Below are positions 29,923 to 40,102 of a stretch of 64,000 nt of DNA, piece by piece (position 1 is the stretch's first letter; each line of letters begins with the position of its first letter). The stretch is from contig CBDFKD010000002.1 of NCBI GenBank assembly GCA_965248695.1, positions 1,696,001-1,760,000 on the forward strand. The letters run 5' to 3'. Position numbers and translations under genes: made by a program. The notes beneath the pieces are model-generated. The model did not search any database and was not told where the DNA came from. It saw only the letters and a list, made by a program, of their open reading frames with translations. Origin of the DNA: Acidobacteriota bacterium. GTDB taxonomy: Bacteria; Acidobacteriota; UBA890; WLXD01.

Positions 29923-31725
29923 TCACTGACCGCGGCGTCCGCCCGTACGTGACCGGCGGCGCATCTCGAGGCGCTGCAGTTGGTCACGCATGAGCTCACG
30001 TACACGGTCGCCGTTGAGCACCGTCGGGGTGATCATGACGACGAGATCTGACTTGCGGCTGCTGCGATCCGTGCGCCGGAAGAGCGAGCCGATGAGCGGG
30101 ATGTCGCCGAGTATCGGGGTCTTGGACACGCTCTCTCGCGTGACGTCTTCGAGGAGACCACCGATGAAGATGGTCTCGCCCTCACGCACACGGATGACGT
30201 TGTCGGTCACCCGCACGTCCATGATCGGGAAGCGATCGCCGTTGGGCGAAATCGCCTCGCCAGCGAGGCTGGTGATTGCTGGCTGGATGCTCATCGTGAC
30301 CCAACCGTCGGCCGACACCTGCGGCGTGACCGAGAGGATGACGCCGTTGGTGACGGTGCCGGGGTTGGTAACCGTCTGAGCTAACCCACCCTGGTTGTTG
30401 AACACGGTCTGCGAGGTGAAGAACACCTCCTGCGTACCGACGGTCAACAAGGCGATCTGGTTGTTCAAGGTCACGACGGACGGCGACGACAGCACGTCGA
30501 CGTCACCCTGGTTCGACATCGCACCGAGGACGGCGTTGAAGTCCTGGCGCTGGATGCCTGCCTGGAAGATGTTCAGGCCGCTGGCACCGACGGTCTGAGC
30601 CGCGGTGAGGCCAAGATCACCGAACACGGTGCGCCAATCCACGCCGGCAGCGAACTCCTTGTGCATCAGCACCTCGACGATCTTCGCTTCGATCAGCACC
30701 TGGCGCTGAGCGATCTCCTCTACCGTCGCCAGGTACTCGCCGATCTCGTCGAGCACGTCCGGATAGTGGCGCACCATGACCGTGCCGGCGCTGCGGTTCA
30801 CATGCAGCGCGGGACCGTCGGTGCCGCCCAAGCCGCCGGCGCCGCCAAATCCGCCTAGTCCGCCGCGCAGCCGCCGGCGGTTGGGATCGAGCGGATCGAA
30901 TCCGCCGCCACCGAGACCGCCACCGTAGCCGCCCCCCATGAGAAACAGGGCGCCCTCTGTAATGTCGTCCCAGATGAAGCTCGGATCGTTGGACTGCACG
31001 GAAGCGGAGCCGCCGCCGTTGCCGCCGCCACCGCCACCGCCGACGCCACCGCCGGCAGCGCCTCCAGCGCCTCCAGCAATAGTGCCGCCGCCGAGGCCGC
31101 CAGCGCCTCCACCGCCCTGGCTGCCTGTGCTGACCCCGATCGTGCGGGATCCATTCCGGTCAGTCTGCACGATGTCGAGGAAGAAGAAGCGCGTCTCCAT
31201 CTGCCGCGGGCGGATCTTCAGCACCCGGTGCTCGACGCGATACTCGAGGCCAATCGGAGTTAGCAGGCTATCCAGCAGCACTGGCAGCGTTACGCCGACT
31301 ATGTCCTGTGTCACTACGCCGGCCACGTCCGGTTCGATGACGATCGACAGATCGGACTCGCGCGCGATCGCCAGCAGCACCGCACGCACGTCAGTGTCGC
31401 GCACCCTGAGGCTATAGGCGCGGCCGGGATCGTAGCCGGTGTCATCGAGCGACTCCTCGATCGAAGTTGCCGGGGCTGCCGCGATGCTCGCTTGTGGGCC
31501 GAAGTCGTCCACCGACGGACGCCCGGGATCCTCCCAGCGGGGCGGAGACGGCGCCGTCGCTGCCGACGCTGTCGGTCGCGCTTGGGCGTTGTTGTCGCCA
31601 CGCGACATGCAACCCGGCATCATCGCGACGACCAGCAGAAATGCCGCGGCCATCTTCCAACGGGGCGTTCGTACGCTTCGGTTCATCATCCCAGACCTCC
31701 TCGATCCGACTCGCAGTGGGTTCAT
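29923..31725 (-). CDS. Secretin (MshL/GspD-like), lipoprotein-type with Gly-rich inserts
   Basis: MMPG-C lipobox, QVLIEAKIVEV, LSSPSVVTLNNQ, VTPQV, GETIFIGGL, PILGDIPLIGSLF, ITPTVL. Start may lie downstream of 31725. Confidence 0.92.
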   Translation of the reverse strand: MNPLRVGSRRSGMMNRSVRTPRWKMAAAFLLVVAMMPGCMSRGDNNAQARPTASAATAPSPPRWEDPGRPSVDDFGPQASIAAAPATSIEESLDDTGYDPGRAYSLRVRDTDVRAVLLAIARESDLSIVIEPDVAGVVTQDIVGVTLPVLLDSLLTPIGLEYRVEHRVLKIRPRQMETRFFFLDIVQTDRNGSRTIGVSTGSQGGGGAGGLGGGTIAGGAGGAAGGGVGGGGGGGNGGGSASVQSNDPSFIWDDITEGALFLMGGGYGGGLGGGGFDPLDPNRRRLRGGLGGFGGAGGLGGTDGPALHVNRSAGTVMVRHYPDVLDEIGEYLATVEEIAQRQVLIEAKIVEVLMHKEFAAGVDWRTVFGDLGLTAAQTVGASGLNIFQAGIQRQDFNAVLGAMSNQGDVDVLSSPSVVTLNNQIALLTVGTQEVFFTSQTVFNNQGGLAQTVTNPGTVTNGVILSVTPQVSADGWVTMSIQPAITSLAGEAISPNGDRFPIMDVRVTDNVIRVREGETIFIGGLLEDVTRESVSKTPILGDIPLIGSLFRRTDRSSRKSDLVVMITPTVLNGDRVRELMRDQLQRLEMRRRSRTGGRRGQ

Positions 31726-32312
31726 CAGTACCTCCCAACGTTGCCGCTGCGAGAGCTCAGACCGATCGCGGCGTCAGCCATTCTCAAGACATGCCGTTGT
31801 CCCCCCGAGGCGAAGACCACGGTCTCATCGGTTACCTCGACTACCTGCATGCCGGCGAAGCTGTCGCCGACCGTCACGATCTCGTTGTTGATTACCGCCA
31901 CGCGGCGGCCAGTGCTGTCGGTCACGATCGCCGACAGATAGAGGCCCTCATCGAGCGCAACGCCGGCGTCGACATAGACGGGAGCGAAGTTGTCGATCGC
32001 CCAGATCTCACGCGGGGTGAAGAACGGATTGCGACCCCAGCTCGAGTCGATCGTCAGATCGGCAGCGCCGATCTCGCCGCGGCGCTCGACCTGTTGGACC
32101 TGCGCTCCGCCTGCACTTGGCACTGGTCGTTGACCGGGCGTAACACCTTGCTGGTCGAAGCCAGGCGGGGTCAGGCCAGGATCTTGAGGCAGGGGCCCGA
32201 GCTCAGAGTCGGCCCCGAAGCTCCCCACCACGCCGGTGAAGTAGAGCGCGTTGTACAGCAGTACTGCCACGAAAACGATGATCAGCACCATCAAGACGCT
32301 TCGGCTACCCAT
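31725..32312 (-). CDS. PilP/MshK/GspC-like single-TM protein
   Basis: TM helix, RNPF, LSAIV...AVINNEIVTVGD motif. Position in operon. Confidence 0.7.
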   Translation of the reverse strand: MGSRSVLMVLIIVFVAVLLYNALYFTGVVGSFGADSELGPLPQDPGLTPPGFDQQGVTPGQRPVPSAGGAQVQQVERRGEIGAADLTIDSSWGRNPFFTPREIWAIDNFAPVYVDAGVALDEGLYLSAIVTDSTGRRVAVINNEIVTVGDSFAGMQVVEVTDETVVFASGGQRHVLRMADAAIGLSSRSGNVGRY

Positions 32313-32970
32313 TGCCGCCTCCCTGAGCTCCGACGGATCCGCGGGAGCGACTCGATGCCCCGTCACCAGACGAGGCGCTGGTGGCGGCGGGGCGGAAATA
32401 AACGAGCAAACGGAGATCGGTCACCACCTCGGGAAAGGCGCGCTGCATCTCCAGCTCTGCCACCTCAGCAACCCAACCGAGGCGTCCAACCTGGGCAATG
32501 AAGCGGCTGGTGACAACGAAGTCTCCGAAGAGGCGACAGTTGAGCGGCACGTAGCGCGCGCCAGGCACGGCACCGATTACCCGAGCCGACTCGGCGAGCG
32601 GGCCGCCCGCGCCGGCTACGGGCGCTGCGTTCTCGCTCGTAATGAACAGCTCCACCCCCTCGGCCTCACCCAGCCGCACGAGTGACTCGATCATCAGGGT
32701 GAGCTCCGACTCCGGGCCGAGGCGGCTCAGCAGCTCGTCGCTCGAGCTCTGCCAGGCAGCGCGCTCGGCGGGTGCGGCGGGCGGCATGCTCTCGATCTCA
32801 CGCTCCATTTGGTCGAGCTGTGATTCAGCAGCCTCGATGTCACGTGTTGCAGATGATTCACGCGCCCGCATCGGCTGCACGAACCAGACCCACAGCAGGA
32901 TTACCAGGAGCAGAACCGCCATTCCCAGAATGGCAGCGCGAACCTGGGGTTGCAGATCCGACCAACTCAT
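32305..32970 (-). CDS. PilO/GspM/MshJ-like protein
   Basis: N-terminal TM, coiled coil, C-terminal ferredoxin-like GDFxxxxxF. Position in operon. Confidence 0.72.
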   Translation of the reverse strand: MSWSDLQPQVRAAILGMAVLLLVILLWVWFVQPMRARESSATRDIEAAESQLDQMEREIESMPPAAPAERAAWQSSSDELLSRLGPESELTLMIESLVRLGEAEGVELFITSENAAPVAGAGGPLAESARVIGAVPGARYVPLNCRLFGDFVVTSRFIAQVGRLGWVAEVAELEMQRAFPEVVTDLRLLVYFRPAATSASSGDGASSRSRGSVGAQGGGNG

Positions 32971-34742
32971 TGTCCGCCTCCGGCGATCGACTTGAGCTGA
33001 ACTGCGACCCTGAAGCCCACTGATGTAGCTGTCGGGCCGAAGGGTGGCAGGTCGTCCAGCGTGGTACGTACGGCTCCCTGACCCCGGGGAGCGCTCGCTG
33101 CGGCGCCGCGGCCAAGCGACAGTCGATCGAAGAACAGCCAGAGGCTGCTATCGCGATCGTAGCGCGTTTCCTGCGCCGGCTGATCGGACCTGCCGTGTAG
33201 GTGGTTGCTAAGGGGCCTGTTGTTGAACGACCCGCGCCGCACCGCCGGAGCGTTGCGCTGTGGCAACTGCCCGGCCCGCTGCAATACAGCCGGGCCACTG
33301 CGCGCACCCTCCGACCCGATCACGAGCGGCTCGATCAGATGGATGTCGTGCACGATCGGATCGCTCACGATCATGCTGTAAAAGCGGTTGAAGACAGCTT
33401 GCGAGGCCGACCGTGTGTCCCCGAGGACCAGGCCGGCGACGACAGCATCCCAGTAGCGCTCGCCCCGAGGGCCAACGACCGGGTGCCATGAGATGCTTTC
33501 GATGACCAGCTCTTCCGGGGCTCGCTGGCTGAGACGCTGCAGGACTGCGCCGATCAGCGTCGTCTCGAGCGAGCGCTGCTCCAGCAGTGCGCGCCGCTCT
33601 GTGTGGTTCGAGCGCTCCTGCGCTGTCGCGCGTACCTGCTGTAGCTCCTGCTGGCGCTGCGAGATCTGCTCCTGTACCTGCGCTATTCGGTTGCTGTTGA
33701 CCGCCGAGTTCAGCAGCGCTAGCAGCCCCCAACCAACCAGGAAGAGCACCAGGGCCGCGGCCGCGACACGGCCGATCGACATCGCTCGCGCGGTGCGCCC
33801 TTCGCTGACCTGCTCCGGAGACACCAGGTTGCCGCTGTCCACACCGACCATCGACGCAGCACCGAGCGCCACAGCAAGCGCCGGCTGCTCGACCGGGTCG
33901 ACGGCGCCGGCCAGGTCGAGGTGGTCGCTGACGTCGAAGAGCTCCACGTTGACACCGAGGGCCTCGCGCAGCGGCGGCACCAGACCGGTGAGATCCTCCA
34001 TGGGTCCGGCGAGCACCAGCGGCTGCACTGTCGCGCCCTGGGCTCGCTGCCCGAAGTACAGGAACGAGCGGCGCAGCTCGGTAGCGACCAGGTCAGCGGT
34101 CGAATCGCCGCCGCCGCGGAGCACGAAGTCACGCACCAGCTCGAGGTTGCCATCCTGAAAAACCAGCAAGTAGCAGCGGCCGGCCGACAGGTAGACGATG
34201 GCGGTCCCGCCAGCGATCGGTGGCAGCAGCTCCACCACGTGCGCCAGAGCTGCCGGAACCGTGGTCACCGAGTCAACCCGGAGACCGGCAGCCTCGACGG
34301 CGTCGACGGTGTTGCGCATCGTCGACTTGTCGATAGCGGAAATCAAGACCTTCTGCTTGGCCACGCCACCCTCGCTGGCGTAACCGACGGCCATGTGCGA
34401 ATAGACAAGCTGGCTCTCCGGCACCGGCGCCAACTTGCGCACCTCGGCACCGGCAGCGAGGTGGCGCTCGCTGTCGGACATCTCGGGCATGTTGACCAGG
34501 TAGTGGTAGAGGTCGCCCTCGACGACGACTGCACGCGCAGCCCGGCCGCTGATGCCCACGGTCTCGAGCCAACGACGGACCCAGTCACCCAGCTCGCGGC
34601 CGCTGAAGCCGGCGTGTACAGCATGGCCGGCGCCGACTACACGCGGCGGGTCGCCGCGTAGCTCAGCCGCAGCCACGCTGCGACCGAGCTCGATGCCGAC
34701 GCGACTTCCGACGCGCAAGTTGTCGATGAAACCCATGATCAC
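32967..34742 (-). CDS. PilM-PilN fused (GspL/MshI-like) protein
   Basis: VGIELG actin-like start, ELRRSFLYF, LAVALGAA, then TM, coiled coil and PilN-like domain. Confidence 0.78.
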   Translation of the reverse strand: MIMGFIDNLRVGSRVGIELGRSVAAAELRGDPPRVVGAGHAVHAGFSGRELGDWVRRWLETVGISGRAARAVVVEGDLYHYLVNMPEMSDSERHLAAGAEVRKLAPVPESQLVYSHMAVGYASEGGVAKQKVLISAIDKSTMRNTVDAVEAAGLRVDSVTTVPAALAHVVELLPPIAGGTAIVYLSAGRCYLLVFQDGNLELVRDFVLRGGGDSTADLVATELRRSFLYFGQRAQGATVQPLVLAGPMEDLTGLVPPLREALGVNVELFDVSDHLDLAGAVDPVEQPALAVALGAASMVGVDSGNLVSPEQVSEGRTARAMSIGRVAAAALVLFLVGWGLLALLNSAVNSNRIAQVQEQISQRQQELQQVRATAQERSNHTERRALLEQRSLETTLIGAVLQRLSQRAPEELVIESISWHPVVGPRGERYWDAVVAGLVLGDTRSASQAVFNRFYSMIVSDPIVHDIHLIEPLVIGSEGARSGPAVLQRAGQLPQRNAPAVRRGSFNNRPLSNHLHGRSDQPAQETRYDRDSSLWLFFDRLSLGRGAAASAPRGQGAVRTTLDDLPPFGPTATSVGFRVAVQLKSIAGGGQ

Positions 34743-35617
34743 CTCTGGCCGTTGACCGGCCGCTGCCGGTTCAGTTCAGCGTTCAATTCAGACGCGCCGT
34801 TCGCCGTCTCGGGGTTTTCAATCACGGTGTCGCCGAGCGGAACGTGCAGCTCGACCACTTGTTGTGCGCCGCCACCTCGGACCGTGACGATGCCGATCTC
34901 CTCGGCCACCCCGCCGTCGTATCGATCGCAGGCGACGTAGACGGCGTGGACACCGCGGTGCACGTTGGTGAACGAGTAGGGAGCGGTCTCGTCGACTGCC
35001 TCGCCTTCCTCGCCCTCCTCGGAGTAGAAGAGAATGACGCCACAACCCTCGGGGTCGCTGACGATGGCACCGTCGCCATGCCCACGGATGGTCACCACGA
35101 TGTTGCCGAACGGATTCACCGGATGGGGCGGGTAGACGAGGTCATCGTCATCGTCGAACTCGCCATTCGGCCCGGCGCTGCGAATCTGACCGTAGCCAAC
35201 GGCGCCGATGTCGTAGTAGCTGCCCCAGGCGTCGGTGGCCCAGTCATCGGTGTCGAGGCCGCGATTCAAGTACGGTCCGCTCCAGCCATAGCCGACGGCG
35301 GTCGCCTCCGAGATCCGGAAGGGCTCCAGATCAACCGTCTCGACCAGCTCCGCGAGCTGCGTCGGAAAGCGGCCGATGTCGCCGATGAAGCCGAAGGTCC
35401 TGTCGGACTCGTCACCGTTGAGGGCGACATGGATGGCCTTCATCTCCGAAATCACCTGTTCATGGCGCTGGTCCTGCAGCACACGCAGCAGTGAAGGGGC
35501 AACGGCTGCGGCGAGGATCACCATCGCGCCCAGCAGCAGCGTCACCTCCAGCATGCTGATGCCGCGCTCCGTGAGCCGCGCTTGCCTGGTGCTCGAGTTC
35601 AGATCGCTCATGCTCAT
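34739..35617 (-). CDS. GspG-like prepilin with extra C-terminal beta domain
   Basis: RG|ISMLEV class III signal, GWSGPYL, DAWG, RSAGPNGEFDDDDD. Confidence 0.82.
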   Translation of the reverse strand: MSMSDLNSSTRQARLTERGISMLEVTLLLGAMVILAAAVAPSLLRVLQDQRHEQVISEMKAIHVALNGDESDRTFGFIGDIGRFPTQLAELVETVDLEPFRISEATAVGYGWSGPYLNRGLDTDDWATDAWGSYYDIGAVGYGQIRSAGPNGEFDDDDDLVYPPHPVNPFGNIVVTIRGHGDGAIVSDPEGCGVILFYSEEGEEGEAVDETAPYSFTNVHRGVHAVYVACDRYDGGVAEEIGIVTVRGGGAQQVVELHVPLGDTVIENPETANGASELNAELNRQRPVNGQR

Positions 35618-36819
35618 TGGATCGTGGTCACCAGTCGGAGGAGCGGCAGGTAGAACGCCGTACCCATTAGCACTAGCACCGCCGCCAGGACGGTCAGCAG
35701 AATCGGACCCATGTAGGTGGTCACGCGCCGCACTGCGGCGTCGACCTCACGATCGAAGAAGCGAATAACGTTGGCGAGCGCTTCCTGCATCTTCCCGGTA
35801 CGCTCAGCGGTCGAGACCATCTGCACCACGACGCTGGGGAACTCGTGCGTCTCGCGCATTGCCGCCGCCAGCGCCTGGCCGCTGCGCACGCGGCGGTTGA
35901 CATACTCGATTACCTCGGCGATGTACTCGTTGCCCACCGCCCCCTTGACCACGTCGAGAGCGCGGGTCACACCGACCCCAGACGAGTGCATGGTCCCGAA
36001 GTGGTGGGCGAAACGCGAAAAGCAGACCTTGCGGAGCAGGCCACCGATAATCGGTAGCCGGAGCTTCAGCCGATCCCATCCGACGCGGCCGGCACGCGTG
36101 CCCGTCCACATCAGAAACGCGATCGTCGCGCCGAGCATCACCAGCAGCACTGCCGGCCAGAAATCGGTGAACAGCCGACTATACGCCATCACGATCTGTG
36201 TCGGGATAGGTAGCGAGAACTCCTCGTTGGTCTGCAGCGATGCGTACAGCTGCTGGAATCTCGGGATCGCGAACGTGACCATTACGACGTTCAAACCGAT
36301 CAGCGCGACGACGACCAGCAACGGGTACGCGAGAATGTTCCGGATGCGCTGCCGCAGGTCGAGGTTCCACTCCAGGAAGTCGCGCAGCTCCACCAGCGAG
36401 GCCTCGAGCTGTCCGGACTCCTCGCCGGCCCGAACGGTGTTCACGTAGATGTCGGAGAAAACGTTCGGATACCGCGCCATGGAGGCCGAGATGCTCTCGC
36501 CGCGCTCGAGCCCGGCACGCAGGCCGCGGACAACGCTCTTGAGCTTCTGTTTTTGCACTGCCTCCTCGAGATCCTCGAGACCCGTGAGCATCGGCACTCC
36601 CGTCGCCACGATGGGAATGAGCTGCGAGGTGAACAGCACCAGGTCCTTATTGGTGATGCGCTCGATGTGGATGGTCGAAATATCGCCGCCCTGCGCGCGC
36701 ACCAGAAACAGACCGCGACCAGCGAGCTGATCGGCCAGGCGCTCGCGCGTAGCGGCGCTCTCGATGCCCTTGACCGTGGCACCGGTGTCGTTCTTGGCGA
36801 CGTAGTTGAATCTCGGCAT
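35614..36819 (-). CDS. Inner-membrane platform protein PilC/GspF/MshG
   Basis: FTSQL..TGVP, AGEESGQL, AYP, LPIPT, FPxxVVQMV.TAERTG, FYLPL. Confidence 0.92.
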   Translation of the reverse strand: MPRFNYVAKNDTGATVKGIESAATRERLADQLAGRGLFLVRAQGGDISTIHIERITNKDLVLFTSQLIPIVATGVPMLTGLEDLEEAVQKQKLKSVVRGLRAGLERGESISASMARYPNVFSDIYVNTVRAGEESGQLEASLVELRDFLEWNLDLRQRIRNILAYPLLVVVALIGLNVVMVTFAIPRFQQLYASLQTNEEFSLPIPTQIVMAYSRLFTDFWPAVLLVMLGATIAFLMWTGTRAGRVGWDRLKLRLPIIGGLLRKVCFSRFAHHFGTMHSSGVGVTRALDVVKGAVGNEYIAEVIEYVNRRVRSGQALAAAMRETHEFPSVVVQMVSTAERTGKMQEALANVIRFFDREVDAAVRRVTTYMGPILLTVLAAVLVLMGTAFYLPLLRLVTTIQ

Positions 36820-36823
36820 GTTC

Positions 36824-38578
36824 CTACTCGCGCGCGACGCGCCCGAGCTCCTCCAGAGTCGTCTCTCCACGCTGAACCAGCTCGAGCCCGTGTCGCATCA
36901 AAGTGCGCATTCCTTCCTGTACGGCAACCTGGCGAATGGCGCGTGTGTCCGCCTGGTGCTTGATGGCTTCACGAATCGCGTCGCTGACCATCAGGATCTC
37001 GAAGATGCCGGTGCGACCGACATAGCCACTGTCGCCACAGTGGTGACAGCCGGCGCCGCGCAACCACTCGCCATCCACCGGCTCACCCTCGAGGCCCAGT
37101 CGTACGAGCATCCCCATGTCCGGTTGCGCGACTTCAGCGCAGTGCCTGCAGACCTTCCGCACCAGACGCTCGGCAACGGTCGAGATCATCGTCGAACCGA
37201 TCAGGTAGGGCTCCAGGCCCATGTCGACGAGGCGCGGGAAGGTTCCGGCCGCCTCATTGGTATGCAACGTCGACAGCACCAGGATGCCGGTAAGGGCGGC
37301 CCGCATGGCCAACCCCGCGGTCTCGGGATCGCGAATCTCACCGAGCAGAATGACGTCAGGATCCTGCCGCAACACCGAGCGCATCCCGGCCGCAAAGGTA
37401 AAGCCGGCGCGGTTGTTGATCTGGCTCTGGCGGATCTCCGGAACGCGATACTCGACCGGATCCTCGAGCGTCACGATGTTGTTGGCGAGCATGTTGATGT
37501 GCGCCAGCATCGTGTAAAGGGTCGTCGTCTTACCTGATCCTGTGGGCCCGGTGAGCAGCACGATGCCCTTGGTTCGCTTGACGGAGTCTTCCAGCAGCTC
37601 CAGCGTGGAGCCTTCGAGGCCGAGGTCGCCCAGCCCGCGGAACAGCATTTGCCGCTCGAGCAAACGCAGGGCGATCTTCTCGCCGAACACCGTCGGGAAG
37701 CAGGAGACACGAAGATCGACCTCGTTGGAGGCAGCGCGGTAGGTGAGATGGCCTTCCTGCGGCAACCGCTGCTCGGCGATGTCGAGACCGGCGATGACCT
37801 TGATGCGCGACATCAACGAGTGCTGGATCTGCTTGGGCAGCAACGGTCCTTGTTGCAGGAGGCCGTCGACGCGATAGCGAATGCGTACGACGTCCTCTTC
37901 CGGATCGATGTGCACATCGGTAGCCCGTAGGCGCAGCCCCTGATTGAGGATCTCGTCGACCAGGCGCACCATCGGCTCATCGGCCGAAGCGCCGGGGTCG
38001 GAGACGAATATGCCGCCGCGCGCCACTTTCTGGCGCTCGGCGTCCTGACGCTGCACGGTCTCGCTGACCAGTCCCTCGAGTACTCCGGCACCGCCGTAGA
38101 AACGGTCGATGGCCCGGCGAACGTTGCTTTCGGTGGCGCAGAACTGCTTCACCACGAGGTTCGTGCGCCGTTGGATCTCGTCGATCGCAAGAATGTCGAA
38201 CGGATCCGAGCAGGCGACCAGCAGCGTGCTGCCTGAGATCGCCACCGGCATAGCCTGGAACCGCGCTGGTACGTCGCGCGGAACCGCCTGCACCGCGGCG
38301 TGCTGAATCTCGTCCGCCCGGAGGGCGCGGAAGGGGACGCCGGCCATCTCGGCCAGGGCGCGCGCCAGATCCTCTTCGCTGAGCAACCCTTGGCCTACCA
38401 GCAGCTGTCCGAGAAGCGCACCGTCACCGGCGGTCTGCCGCGCCAGCACGGCATCCAACTGCTCGCGCGTGAGCTGGCGGCGATCGACGAGATAGTCTCC
38501 GAGACGCACCGACACCGAGCCACGGGGCGGAAGCCCGTTGGAGTCACCGTAGGCGCTCTCGTTGTCTCCGTGCTGCAT
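36824..38578 (-). CDS. Extension ATPase PilB/GspE/MshE with MshEN domain
   Basis: RLGDYLV...LLGQLLV, ATDVHIDP, GPTGSGKTTT, LEDPVEY, LRQDPD, STLHTN, CxxC/CxxC zinc motif. Confidence 0.94.
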   Translation of the reverse strand: MQHGDNESAYGDSNGLPPRGSVSVRLGDYLVDRRQLTREQLDAVLARQTAGDGALLGQLLVGQGLLSEEDLARALAEMAGVPFRALRADEIQHAAVQAVPRDVPARFQAMPVAISGSTLLVACSDPFDILAIDEIQRRTNLVVKQFCATESNVRRAIDRFYGGAGVLEGLVSETVQRQDAERQKVARGGIFVSDPGASADEPMVRLVDEILNQGLRLRATDVHIDPEEDVVRIRYRVDGLLQQGPLLPKQIQHSLMSRIKVIAGLDIAEQRLPQEGHLTYRAASNEVDLRVSCFPTVFGEKIALRLLERQMLFRGLGDLGLEGSTLELLEDSVKRTKGIVLLTGPTGSGKTTTLYTMLAHINMLANNIVTLEDPVEYRVPEIRQSQINNRAGFTFAAGMRSVLRQDPDVILLGEIRDPETAGLAMRAALTGILVLSTLHTNEAAGTFPRLVDMGLEPYLIGSTMISTVAERLVRKVCRHCAEVAQPDMGMLVRLGLEGEPVDGEWLRGAGCHHCGDSGYVGRTGIFEILMVSDAIREAIKHQADTRAIRQVAVQEGMRTLMRHGLELVQRGETTLEELGRVARE

Positions 38579-38668
38579 GTTCAGACCTCGCAGAAGCCGT
38601 GTTGATCACTATTGATCGTTATTAGCTAATATGTCAGAGATTAGCATCTTAAAACGTTCTGAAAAGCC

Positions 38669-40102
38669 TTATTTAACCTTCTTGACCATCATGAGGACGC
38701 CGGCAATCGCGGGTAGCGCCGGTAGCAGGATCACCAGCAGCACGAAGGTGAGTGCCTTCTGCCCCTCGGTGAGCAGCACCCGCTTGTTCGACACTTCTTT
38801 CGGCAGGATCGAGATGAGCTCCTCCTGCCCCGCCAGCCAGCTGACCGAGTTCACGAACAGGTCGCCGTTGCCCTGCCACTTGAAGAAGGCGTTGGAGGCG
38901 AACTCGGCGTCACCCGCGACGACCAAGATCGGATCTCCCACTGGTGCTGGCTCGCCGCTGCGGTTTCGCTCGCGAAACGCTCGGGGTGTTTCGTCGATCG
39001 TTTCCGAGACCGCCACGATGAGCGGCAGCGGACCCTGACGGTCAACTCCCTCGTCCCAGCGCGCTATCGACACGCGCTCGAAGTCGGTCTCGCCCCACGA
39101 CGACGGTGAGCTGCTGGCCAGCGGGCGAGCGTCGATACCGTCCGGCGGTGTACCCACGGTGATCGATCGCGGCATGCTGAAGAGCGTCATGGCGCCGAAG
39201 CCGTCGGTGATCGGGTGGGGCTCGTAGCTATCGACCATCGGCACCTGTACGCCAAGGCCGAACGCCTGCCCGTTGCGCCCGGTATCAATGACGAAGTCGG
39301 CATTGGCCTGCAGGCCATAGCCGGCGACCAGGGCCGCGAGCTCGCCGAGATCCGTATTGCTCTCCAGCATCGCCATCAGTCGTCCGCCGTTCTGGAGATA
39401 GGCCTCCAGCGCGACGCGCTCCTGTGGCAGAAGGTCTGTGCTCGGCCCTGCAATCACTATGACGCGGCAATCGTCGGCCACCTGACCGGCAGCAAGGTTC
39501 AGTTGCAGAGGCTCGTAGTTCACCTGTCGCAGGGCGGTGACGGCCGCCGAAAACCCGCCGCGGCCCTTGTCGAGCGGGACGCGCTCACCGTGTCCGGAGA
39601 GGAAGCAGACCGGTACCGCGTCGCCTCGCGTTGCCGCGAGGATCGCGTTGGTGATCGCCGGTTCGGTTGCATCGTCGGCTCGGCGCACCGAGTCGCCGGC
39701 CTCGATGATCAGCGTGCCGTAGGCGCGTACCTGGTGCGCCTGGGCAAGCGCCGGCTCGGCTTCGGGGTCGACGAGACGATAGTCCACCATCGAGGAGCTA
39801 TCTGCGTAGGCCTTGAGCAGTCGCTCGACGCCCGGATCCTTGGCACCCGGCACGAATGCGGTCATGACTACCGGTCGATCCAACGTGCCCAGCGCCGAGC
39901 GGCTCGTGGCCGACAGGCTGAACAACTGTGCCTCGGTGAAATCCCACGTGACGGGGTTGTAGCTGACTACCCAGCTCACCAGGAAGGCACACGCCAGGAA
40001 CAGGACGAGACGTAGGCCGGCGAAGGTCCACTCGGTTACTCGCAGGCTGGTGGTCAATAGCTGCCGGAGCCGCGCCATCGGTGACCGTGGGGCGTCGCTC
40101 AT
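38669..40102 (-). CDS. GldG-like ABC auxiliary component
   Basis: DFTxxxxFSLS, VDP, GHGE, IAGP, YLQNGG, GDAEF, NxDLFVNSVSWL, terminal TM. ATG overlaps the permease stop. Confidence 0.85.
   Translation of the reverse strand: MSDAPRSPMARLRQLLTTSLRVTEWTFAGLRLVLFLACAFLVSWVVSYNPVTWDFTEAQLFSLSATSRSALGTLDRPVVMTAFVPGAKDPGVERLLKAYADSSSMVDYRLVDPEAEPALAQAHQVRAYGTLIIEAGDSVRRADDATEPAITNAILAATRGDAVPVCFLSGHGERVPLDKGRGGFSAAVTALRQVNYEPLQLNLAAGQVADDCRVIVIAGPSTDLLPQERVALEAYLQNGGRLMAMLESNTDLGELAALVAGYGLQANADFVIDTGRNGQAFGLGVQVPMVDSYEPHPITDGFGAMTLFSMPRSITVGTPPDGIDARPLASSSPSSWGETDFERVSIARWDEGVDRQGPLPLIVAVSETIDETPRAFRERNRSGEPAPVGDPILVVAGDAEFASNAFFKWQGNGDLFVNSVSWLAGQEELISILPKEVSNKRVLLTEGQKALTFVLLVILLPALPAIAGVLMMVKKVK

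Noticed and set aside
30820-31130. GCC/CCG tandem repeats
   Set aside because: They encode the Gly-rich loops of the secretin, not a separate repeat element or CRISPR.
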